The notes beneath the pieces were generated by a model. It searched no databases. It saw only the letters and a list, made by a program, of their open reading frames with translations, and had not been told where the DNA came from. Positions 9,858 through 17,390 of a stretch of 64,000 nt of DNA are shown here, one piece after another (the stretch's first letter is position 1; every line of letters starts with the position of its first letter). Made by a program: the position numbers and the translations under genes. This DNA comes from a virus. The stretch covers positions 1 through 64,000 of the IMG/VR virus record IMGVR_UViG_3300048997_000225; one strand, given 5' to 3'.

Positions 9858-10351
9858 ATAATTATATGTCAGTAATATTCCTTATATTTTATATTGTGTT
9901 GAGCACAATTATAATGTATTGCGTTATAACAATTATCTCAACGTTGTTGACTAAAATACTGAGACAATCACCAGAAATGAGTAAAGTCCCTAGCATAAAT
10001 TGTGAATTTAAAGATTTTTTCTCACATACAATTCCTAAAAACTTCACATTTTATTCATCATCTGATCTGCTATATATTGATAAAGATAGAAATCTTTATG
10101 TAAAGTATGGTCACGTCATTCAAAACATAGCAAATAGGAATACAGTTATTATTCGTAAAGATTCATTAAATAATCTACATGTAATCACTGAACATAATAT
10201 TCAATTTTCTCTAAATAAACGTGAGATGTCAGATGGTTGTTTTGTAACTACTATTCGATTCGTACCCGGATGGATGTTACCCCTAGTATTCAAAAAATGC
10301 AGGCGTGAAGACTACACTAATAAAATAGCCGAAATTGTTATGGAATCATGA
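9854..10351 (+). CDS. membrane-anchored protein, paralog family A (copy 1), C-terminus IVMES
   Basis: N-terminal TM; 'TIPKNF', 'VIIRKD'; ATGA overlap with the ATPase. Confidence 0.75.
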   Translation: MNNYMSVIFLIFYIVLSTIIMYCVITIISTLLTKILRQSPEMSKVPSINCEFKDFFSHTIPKNFTFYSSSDLLYIDKDRNLYVKYGHVIQNIANRNTVIIRKDSLNNLHVITEHNIQFSLNKREMSDGCFVTTIRFVPGWMLPLVFKKCRREDYTNKIAEIVMES

Positions 10352-10881
10352 AACACAGCTGGATTCATATAGTATGTTTCGTAATATCTTTCGTTCTATT
10401 TATGATGATAATAATGGGTGACGAATTTTTTAGATTATATAAAGAACGGCAATATAAAAATTATCTTTATCGGGTTCTTAAATTGGAACCGCCAAGCATC
10501 GATACAAGATTTATTAACATTGATACACTGCCTAGGAATTCGATTGCATATATATTTGTAGATTCTTGCCGTTTCCGCAAAATAGATTCTGCAACGCCAG
10601 TTTTGTTATTTATTTGGACCCGCGGCTCTGTAGTCGATTGGATACCGGTGCGATCTAATCGCATTATATTACATAAAGATCATGTTGGTGAATATAATGT
10701 CTATATTAATAATTGGGTAAAGCAAAACATAAAAGTCGAACGTTATCCGACATTTTTGGATGGACAAATTCAAGTGAAATCATATATGTATATTCCAACA
10801 CATCAGACGTATTATATATTTGATAAATTACGCAAACAATGCGAAGTCGATGCACTGATTTGTGATGTGATGGAATCTTGA
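10348..10881 (+). CDS. membrane-anchored protein, paralog family A (copy 2), C-terminus DVMES
   Basis: N-terminal TM; 'TLPRNSIAYI', 'RIILHKD'; ATGA overlap. Confidence 0.75.
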   Translation: MKHSWIHIVCFVISFVLFMMIIMGDEFFRLYKERQYKNYLYRVLKLEPPSIDTRFINIDTLPRNSIAYIFVDSCRFRKIDSATPVLLFIWTRGSVVDWIPVRSNRIILHKDHVGEYNVYINNWVKQNIKVERYPTFLDGQIQVKSYMYIPTHQTYYIFDKLRKQCEVDALICDVMES

Positions 10882-11411
10882 AACTCGATGCCGGAACTTT
10901 TTGGTTATTCTGTTTTGGTATTGAATTCACATATATCGCATTGGAATGGTTCCGATCAAAAGATTATCGGGATTACATATTTGGACTCCCATTCGATGGA
11001 TTTACGATATTGAAAGAATTGCCAGCAAATTCTGTTATCTATATTCCATGCAAGACGTTAGTTATTGACGTCGTTAATAACTATCGATTATGTATCGATA
11101 TCAGACGTCGAGCTTATATGAGACTGCCTTATGGATGGAATAAAATCATCTTACATAGAGATAACTCTGGAAGCTTCCATTTATATATAAATATATTGAT
11201 TATTAATCATTTTCCAAATTTACGTAAATTGGATTATCCATCTATCACCGATGATTTATCAACATCTTTAGTGCAAATTTTGCATTCTGACAGATATATT
11301 CATCCGACCAACATCAATTTCATTGATTCGCATCAGTTCGAGTCCAAATTTCAAGAATTGCAAGCTGAATGTTATGACTCACGATTCATCCATGATGTTA
11401 TGGTTAGTTAA
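10878..11411 (+). CDS. membrane-anchored protein, paralog family A (copy 3), C-terminus DVMVS
   Basis: N-terminal TM; 'ELPANSVIYI', 'KIILHRD'; TTGA overlap. Confidence 0.75.
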   Translation: MKLDAGTFWLFCFGIEFTYIALEWFRSKDYRDYIFGLPFDGFTILKELPANSVIYIPCKTLVIDVVNNYRLCIDIRRRAYMRLPYGWNKIILHRDNSGSFHLYINILIINHFPNLRKLDYPSITDDLSTSLVQILHSDRYIHPTNINFIDSHQFESKFQELQAECYDSRFIHDVMVS

Positions 11412-11812
11412 TGATTGAACATATTCGCCAACCCGGTGGATCAAAAGTATGTGGACACTCTTGTTTGGCTATGATTTTAGGCATTCCGCTTGAGCAAGCC
11501 ATTGGACTCATTGGGCATAGACATGGGACCAGGACTCGAGAACTTTTAAAACATCTTGGAACAAGAGCACTTGATTCTCGACTCCGAGTAATAACTAAAA
11601 AACTTATACTCCCAGATTTTGCGTTGCTTAAAGTCCGATGGGCTGATATTACGTTTGGTCATTATGTTTTAAAAATACATAAATTAGTGCATGATCCTGA
11701 ACTGCCTATCGGGGTCCCAATCGAAGATTGGAATCTTTGGATTATTTCAATGCATGGTAAGGTGACTTCGTATTTACCAGTGAGTCATTGTGGAAATCTA
11801 AATAATTCCTAA
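11411..11812 (+). CDS. C39-like cysteine peptidase
   Basis: 'IRQPGGSKVCGHSCLAMILG' (Q-x-C-G-x-x-C-L-A-M), 'GHYVL', 'HDP'. Confidence 0.75.
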   Translation: MIEHIRQPGGSKVCGHSCLAMILGIPLEQAIGLIGHRHGTRTRELLKHLGTRALDSRLRVITKKLILPDFALLKVRWADITFGHYVLKIHKLVHDPELPIGVPIEDWNLWIISMHGKVTSYLPVSHCGNLNNS

Positions 11813-11816
11813 TTAG

Positions 11817-12791
11817 TTGGATGCAGGACAGCCAATGCCAAACCTGAACCAACATCAAGATACAATTGACCGCGCTCTCCGCCCTCTCAATTTTAAGGAA
11901 TTCCTTGGCCAGGAAGAAGCCAAGGCAAATTTGCAAGTTTATGTGTGCTCTGCTAGAAATCGGAGAGAGCCTTTGGATCATGTGCTGTTGGCTGGACCGG
12001 CCGGTTTGGGAAAAACCACTCTTGCCGGAATTTTGGCTAACGAAATGGGTACTCGACTAGTGGTCGTCAATGCTCCTGCACTCAAAACTAAAGGAGAACT
12101 GGCTGCCCTTTTGACTAGTCTCCGTCGTAATGATATTTTGTTCATTGACGAAATTCATAGTTTGAATTCCAAAATTGAAGAAGTCTTGTATCCGGCCATG
12201 GAAGATTACAAACTCGAGATGGTTGCCGGAAATCGTGCTATCACTATTCCACTCGAACCTTTCACATTGATCGGTGCTACAACTCGTGCCGGCATGTTGC
12301 AGCGCCCATTGCGTGACCGTTTTGGGATCAAAGTCGAAATGCAGCCATATTCAACGGACGAACTTTCGCAGATTATTGCCAGTTCGGCACGCAAGCTCGG
12401 AATGGATTGTAGTATGCAAGGTGCGAATGAACTCGCTGGTCGTAGTCACGGTACGCCTCGAATCGCTATTTCGTTGCTCAAGCGAGTTCGAGATTTCACG
12501 AACGTCGCCAATACCAACACGGTTGATGCGGCGATAGTGCAGTTCACTTGTTCTAGACTTGGTATAGATAAACTTGGTCTAGATAAGACAGCTCAAAAAT
12601 ATCTTCAGATTCTGGCCGATAAACGCGCTCCAATTGCTCAGAAGACTTTAGCAGCGCTTCTTGGAGAATCACTCGATGTAGTAGAAGAAGTGATAGAACC
12701 AATTTTGTTGCGGCTTCAATTCATTGAAATCACGGCCAAAGGTCGAATGCTAACTAATGTTGGTGCCAATCATATTGCTCTTGTAAATTAA
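11817..12791 (+). CDS. ruvB: Holliday junction branch-migration ATPase RuvB
   Basis: 'LRPLNFKEFLGQ', 'LDHVLLAGPAGLGKTTLA', 'LFIDEIH', 'LYPAMED', 'FTLIGATTRAG', 'PLRDRFG', 'GTPRIA'. Confidence 0.96.
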   Translation: MDAGQPMPNLNQHQDTIDRALRPLNFKEFLGQEEAKANLQVYVCSARNRREPLDHVLLAGPAGLGKTTLAGILANEMGTRLVVVNAPALKTKGELAALLTSLRRNDILFIDEIHSLNSKIEEVLYPAMEDYKLEMVAGNRAITIPLEPFTLIGATTRAGMLQRPLRDRFGIKVEMQPYSTDELSQIIASSARKLGMDCSMQGANELAGRSHGTPRIAISLLKRVRDFTNVANTNTVDAAIVQFTCSRLGIDKLGLDKTAQKYLQILADKRAPIAQKTLAALLGESLDVVEEVIEPILLRLQFIEITAKGRMLTNVGANHIALVN

Positions 12792-12794
12792 AAT

Positions 12795-13190
12795 ATGGAA
12801 TTCTACCTAGCAGACATGATATTTTTTGTGTTTGGAATAATAACATCATTAATCTTGTTAGGAACGTCTTCTATACTAGATATTTGTGGTTATTCCAAGC
12901 CGATTACTGACGCCGTCCAGTTATTTGCTTTTATAATTGGGATTATGTTGTCAGTTGGAATAGCAACTTGGACGCTACGCCATGATTATTTTGTATATTA
13001 TGGTGCAGTCGGAACCGTATCAGCGACAATACTACACTGTAAAATTGGCCGTCGCTGGCAATGGTCAGATAAACAGATCATGTTCATGGGGTCATTGTGG
13101 CCAATGACCATATTATTTTCGCCATGGATTATTCACGGCAATGAACAAAAATATAAATTGCGAATAATCCAGGAAATTATGGAAGAATAA
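12795..13190 (+). CDS. multi-pass membrane protein, paralog family B (copy 1), C-terminus EIMEE
   Basis: Several TM segments; 'RRWQW...LWPMTIL'. Confidence 0.75.
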   Translation: MEFYLADMIFFVFGIITSLILLGTSSILDICGYSKPITDAVQLFAFIIGIMLSVGIATWTLRHDYFVYYGAVGTVSATILHCKIGRRWQWSDKQIMFMGSLWPMTILFSPWIIHGNEQKYKLRIIQEIMEE

Positions 13191-13192
13191 TT

Positions 13193-13513
13193 TTGTGTTC
13201 TAAATGCAGGAAACCGATACCATTCCAAAAACTAGGTAATATGATAATCCAAGGATTTTGTAATGGATTGAATTATCTAGTCTGGGATTTGAGTTTCCGA
13301 TTTGATATATTATTCTTATATATCCATCTTGTTGGCATAGTAATAATATATTTGATTTTGAGATATTTGAAAGTCAGATGGCATTTGAATGCTTCGATAA
13401 TATATCCTATGATTACGTTTTGGCCAATAACAATATTATTATCTTGGTTTGTAACATCGAAATTTGAACAATCGCGTAAGCAACGATTGATTTGCGACGT
13501 CATGGATAGTTAA
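13193..13513 (+). CDS. membrane protein, paralog family B (copy 2), C-terminus DVMDS
   Basis: 'VRWHL...FWPITIL'; start uncertain (TTG 13193 or ATG 13241). Confidence 0.7.
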   Translation: MCSKCRKPIPFQKLGNMIIQGFCNGLNYLVWDLSFRFDILFLYIHLVGIVIIYLILRYLKVRWHLNASIIYPMITFWPITILLSWFVTSKFEQSRKQRLICDVMDS

Positions 13514-13815
13514 TGTGGGTTCCAAACAATAATTCATTGAGTTGGCGAGATAAAGTATTTGACCATATTATCGCAGCAATGATGATAACGATGGTCGCCA
13601 ATGATTGGACTGGATCATATTATGTTAGTATACTATGGTTATTGGGCTTCGTGGTTTATGCAATTGTGCTATGGAAACTTAGGAATCGTTGGAAAATAGA
13701 ATGTGATTTCCAAATTTTCGGCATGGCTGTTTGGTGGTTTGTTTTTGTTTTTTGGATTCCGGAATTTGAACGCAATTACAAAGCTGATATTGTGAAAGAT
13801 ATTATGGATTTATAA
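13513..13815 (+). CDS. membrane protein, paralog family B (copy 3), C-terminus DIMDL
   Basis: 'NRWKI...VWWFVF'; TAATG coupling. Confidence 0.75.
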   Translation: MWVPNNNSLSWRDKVFDHIIAAMMITMVANDWTGSYYVSILWLLGFVVYAIVLWKLRNRWKIECDFQIFGMAVWWFVFVFWIPEFERNYKADIVKDIMDL

Positions 13816-13818
13816 CCG

Positions 13819-13837
13819 ATATATATATATATATATA
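13819..13837. repeat. (AT)9A dinucleotide microsatellite
   Basis: ATATATATATATATATATA immediately after the TAA of 13513..13815. Confidence 0.9.
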
Positions 13838-13875
13838 GTGCTTTTTGGATCTATAGATATAACGTTGATTTAGTA

Positions 13876-14055
13876 TTGATCATAGTAATTGATTCGATTC
13901 TATTTCCCTTCCAATCCCGCTGGAAGCTAAAGACGAATCATATAGTCATTTACGGAATAATCTGGCCATATATTCTAACAGCAGCGTATTGGCTAGTTCG
14001 GAATTGGGAAGCTGAACGCAACGCAAGAATCGTGACCAACGTAATGACGTCATGA
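13876..14055 (+). CDS. membrane protein, paralog family B (copy 4, absent from ORF track), C-terminus NVMTS
   Basis: Frame open from 13816; 'QSRWKLKTNHIVIYGIIWPYILTAAYWLVRNWEAERNARIVTNVMTS'; first standard start is TTG 13876; ATGA overlap with next gene. Confidence 0.7.
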   Translation: MIIVIDSILFPFQSRWKLKTNHIVIYGIIWPYILTAAYWLVRNWEAERNARIVTNVMTS

Positions 14056-14339
14056 ATAAAAAAGTTTTTCCAATCTTAAAAGTTTCTTCTGAACGTCCTC
14101 GAATAATTCATAAATCGGCGTGTGCGCATTGTCCGAGTGCACATTTCCCTCCAGATCCGGAAGCCGAAGACATAAAGTATGCTCCGAGAGCAATCCAAAT
14201 TGAATCATGTTTCCCATGTGGCTGGAGACCCAATAAACTATGTAAGGGATATTGTGATTATTTGAATATAACAGAACGAGATTTAGAATCTACAATTTAT
14301 ATTGTTGTCAATGTAAAATCGGAAAATGCAATTGTCTGA
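14052..14339 (+). CDS. Cys-rich hypothetical protein
   Basis: CAHC...CFPC...LCKGYC. Confidence 0.65.
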   Translation: MNKKVFPILKVSSERPRIIHKSACAHCPSAHFPPDPEAEDIKYAPRAIQIESCFPCGWRPNKLCKGYCDYLNITERDLESTIYIVVNVKSENAIV

Positions 14340-14706
14340 ACAAGATAAATTAGTTGGCGAAGAATTCCGAAGTCGATTGAAGCAGTTAACTGATTTGATG
14401 ACAGTTGATCAGTTAACGGTTTCACACTCATTCGACACATATCGATTCGGACAAAAACAATCTCACTTTTGTTCCATGAATTTCAAAATTCCGCCCAATT
14501 CAACACAGAGAGAAGTTGAAGCTTTGCATTTGCAAGCCGGATTATTCGTGGCTCGATGTACAATTCACGATGCATTGGCTCAAGGATCAATTTCTATAGA
14601 AGAAGCTAAAGAAAAATTGACAATGTCTCAGACTAATTATGATAACATATTGAATATATTAGTCAAGAAATATATCATGGAATCCACAGAAACTGTTGCT
14701 AGGTAA
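14326..14706 (+). CDS. hypothetical protein
   Basis: 126-aa ORF. Confidence 0.7.
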   Translation: MQLSEQDKLVGEEFRSRLKQLTDLMTVDQLTVSHSFDTYRFGQKQSHFCSMNFKIPPNSTQREVEALHLQAGLFVARCTIHDALAQGSISIEEAKEKLTMSQTNYDNILNILVKKYIMESTETVAR

Positions 14707-14718
14707 AGTCTAATATCT

Positions 14719-15567
14719 ATGACTGATCAATTATCCGAAGCTTTCCAATTCGATCCATCGAATATCTCTGGATATATTTCCTCTAATAAATTGGAAGATA
14801 TTCTTGAAGAAATTGCTGGATATGAAATCCAACTTCCAGATGATCCGACGTTGCCGGAGCTCGGAACTAAATTATTGAATTCCAATATTGCTAAATGCCG
14901 CAATTATATAAATCGAGTTCAATATTATTTGCAAATCACTCGACGCTATGAAAAAAATTTACGAACAGAAATTAGTTTTTCTACATTAGATTTGGAATTC
15001 AAAACTCAAAAATTGTTGGCGGATGATCCAATAGTTAAACAAGGGCCAGCACAGCAAGATAGATTAGCCATTGCTGCGATGAAACTCAATCTTGAACACA
15101 AAAAACTACATGTGCTTAAAGTCGAACATGTGAATGTTGAAGAGACTATCAAAATCATCAAACTCAAATATGATGATTTGAATCGCACATCTCAAGATAT
15201 TCGTTTGCAACGTCAAATTGTGAAAGATGATAAAGAAAGCTGGAGTAACGGAGGAGAAGGTTATATGCCTCCACAAACCAATAGAGATGGTACCATTCCC
15301 GGAGGAATGTCTCCGCATGTTCGTGAAAAAATTGTGAATCCGACAGATTTATTGGATGAATCGAAACGTCCGGAAGATTTGCCAGTTCCTGTAGATGCTG
15401 TACATGCACAGCAAATTGCTGATTTTTTTAATCAAGCTCCGATTTCTGATATTTCCACAGCTCAATCAGAAATCATTCGGTCAACTGAACCTGCTTTGGA
15501 CCCTGAGAATATTCCTAAAATTGCTAGTCAATCGGTAATGTCGTACGATGATTTGCTTGCTGATTGA
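14719..15567 (+). CDS. coiled-coil protein, possible UvsY-like recombination mediator
   Basis: Long helical region with 'LLADDPIV'; acidic tail 'SYDDLLAD'; lies upstream of SSB/ruvC/recA. Confidence 0.45.
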   Translation: MTDQLSEAFQFDPSNISGYISSNKLEDILEEIAGYEIQLPDDPTLPELGTKLLNSNIAKCRNYINRVQYYLQITRRYEKNLRTEISFSTLDLEFKTQKLLADDPIVKQGPAQQDRLAIAAMKLNLEHKKLHVLKVEHVNVEETIKIIKLKYDDLNRTSQDIRLQRQIVKDDKESWSNGGEGYMPPQTNRDGTIPGGMSPHVREKIVNPTDLLDESKRPEDLPVPVDAVHAQQIADFFNQAPISDISTAQSEIIRSTEPALDPENIPKIASQSVMSYDDLLAD

Positions 15568-15578
15568 GTTTTTAATTG

Positions 15579-15717
15579 TATAGTTATTCATAATGCCAGA
15601 GCAATCTGGCGGGTTCAACGGTTTAGTGATAGGTTAGTTCTGCGGTGTTTCGCAGAAATGTTCAACAAAATCCAAATATAATAACGACGGCTAATGCCAA
15701 ACGTCTAGGAGAAAAAC
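15579..15717 (+). promoter_or_regulatory. -10 box and structured 5' leader of the putative SSB gene
   Basis: TATAGT 15579-84; hairpins GCCAGA-GCAA-TCTGGC (15595-15610) and TTCTGCG-GTGTTT-CGCAGAA (15638-15657); AGGAG SD 15707-11. Confidence 0.5.
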
Positions 15718-16599
15718 ATGTCTGGAATTATTGAATTCGGTTTCGAAGAGTCCAAGGTTGTTAAACCCCAAGGTATTGATTCATTCAAACTCTCTCGTTC
15801 AGGAGAAGTCGCTCGGATTTCCATTATTATTTTTAAGTTATATCATGAGGTTATTTGGGCCCAAAAAGCTAAAGAAGCTGGCCGAGCGTTGACTGAAGAA
15901 GAAAAGCAAATGTATCTGACTAAGGTCAATTCCAAATTGGCTGAAAAATTGGGCAAGAAACCTGAAGAACTTACTGAATTTGATAGATTGGATATCAATT
16001 CGCCCAAATTTGGAACGGCGTTCACTCATTATAGAGACGGCATCGGCAGTATTCGATGTTTGAGCAAATATGAAGGCGGCAATTTAGTCAAACCCGAAAT
16101 TTGTTGCAATGATATCGGGGAAGCTGAACAGCAAGTTGCCACGTTGGTTTTGAAATATCCGGTCGAAAAAGATGGAAAAATCGATTTAGATTTGCTCAAA
16201 CAACGCAAATATACTGAAATCATGACTTGGCGTATGAGTGCAAAGCGCTTTAAGAAAATTGAAAGCACTTATACTGATGCGCGTAATAACAAGATGCCAG
16301 TTATCGATCTCAAGTTAACTTTGGATGGTGATCCAAAGTACAAGAAATTGGTTCCTGAAAACGGATATACAGCGGCTTGGGCACGTGAAGACGCAGATCC
16401 GGAGCTGCGTCGATGGGTACTGGAGAGCGGGCTCCGGAATGTTAAATACCTCAAGTCGGAGCTTGGTTTCGAAATGAGTAAAGAGAAGCTCACGGAACGT
16501 CTTCGAGGCGCTTCGGAAAGTGCAGCGGCTCTGTCTGGTGGTGAGGCTTCAGCGGCTTCTCCGCAGATTACTACGTCATACGACGCGCTTCTCGAATAA
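15718..16599 (+). CDS. putative single-stranded DNA-binding protein (gp32-like)
   Basis: His/Cys cluster 'HY...RC...ICC'; Ala/Ser linker; acidic-hydrophobic tail 'SYDALLE'; strong SD; directly upstream of ruvC-recA. Confidence 0.55.
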   Translation: MSGIIEFGFEESKVVKPQGIDSFKLSRSGEVARISIIIFKLYHEVIWAQKAKEAGRALTEEEKQMYLTKVNSKLAEKLGKKPEELTEFDRLDINSPKFGTAFTHYRDGIGSIRCLSKYEGGNLVKPEICCNDIGEAEQQVATLVLKYPVEKDGKIDLDLLKQRKYTEIMTWRMSAKRFKKIESTYTDARNNKMPVIDLKLTLDGDPKYKKLVPENGYTAAWAREDADPELRRWVLESGLRNVKYLKSELGFEMSKEKLTERLRGASESAAALSGGEASAASPQITTSYDALLE

Positions 16600-16612
16600 T
16601 AATATTCTAATA

Positions 16613-16657
16613 TAGAACTCGGTGACGCATTCACATCCAATGCGTCACCGAGTTCTA
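16613..16657. terminator. 19-bp perfect inverted repeat (terminator or processing hairpin)
   Basis: TAGAACTCGGTGACGCATT-CACATCC-AATGCGTCACCGAGTTCTA. Confidence 0.75.
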
Positions 16658-16667
16658 ATAAAATCAA

Positions 16668-17390
16668 ATGCGTGCTTTGGGCTTGGATCCGAGTCTATCT
16701 GGCTATGGATATTGTGTATATGACACTGATGCATCAGTGACTGCCGAACGATTAGTATTATCAGGCCATGAATGCACTTTAAATTCGATTGTGCCTGTTG
16801 CTAGATTCATGCACTTCCGAGCATTGGTCAGCGACTTGCTCAGAAGATTCCGTGTAGACGTTGTTGGAATTGAAAGCCCGGCTTATGGAGGAGGTCCATA
16901 CGACGTCATCCATCATGGACTCATGCTGTTTTCTCTCGAGGCCATTTTTATGGCTCGCAAAGATTGCGTATTGTTCGATCCTATCACTTTAAAAATCCTA
17001 GCAACAGGAAATAGCGCTGCAGATAAAACCGATATGCAGCGTTCGGTCCAAATTGATAGAATGTGCCCGGACTTGTTACAAGCGGACGAAGCCGACGCCT
17101 ATCATGCGAGTCGGTTTGCCGCTCGATTCAATCAGCTGCGTTTAGGACTTTTAGACCCAGAGCAACTGACTGGTGATGAACAGAAAGTGTTCCTGGAGCG
17201 CACGAAGAAAATCAAACGGCGTTCCACCGGCTTACCAGTTATTCGAAGAACAGCGCACGTATTTCGAGAAAATAATAGGTTTTTCTCATTCAGTAAGATC
17301 CCGGAAGGGTCGATAGATCTCCCATTCAAATCCAATATCGATCCGAATCTTCTTAAATGGCTAGAACGTGATCAACAGAATCAGGAGTAA
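16668..17390 (+). CDS. ruvC: RuvC-like Holliday junction resolvase
   Basis: 'ALGLDPSLSGYG', 'VGIES', 'GNSAADKTDM', 'DEADA'. Confidence 0.85.
   Translation: MRALGLDPSLSGYGYCVYDTDASVTAERLVLSGHECTLNSIVPVARFMHFRALVSDLLRRFRVDVVGIESPAYGGGPYDVIHHGLMLFSLEAIFMARKDCVLFDPITLKILATGNSAADKTDMQRSVQIDRMCPDLLQADEADAYHASRFAARFNQLRLGLLDPEQLTGDEQKVFLERTKKIKRRSTGLPVIRRTAHVFRENNRFFSFSKIPEGSIDLPFKSNIDPNLLKWLERDQQNQE

Noticed and set aside
10337-14055. VME/D tail explained only as an SD (ATGGA) for the next gene
   Set aside because: Spacing to the next start varies (3 nt in two cases), two copies lack GGA, and upstream residues are conserved through synonymous codons. A partial contribution cannot be excluded.
14670-14706. 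'YIMES' near the end of 14326..14706 as an eighth tagged protein
   Set aside because: Not terminal (six more residues follow) and the protein has no TM; probably chance.
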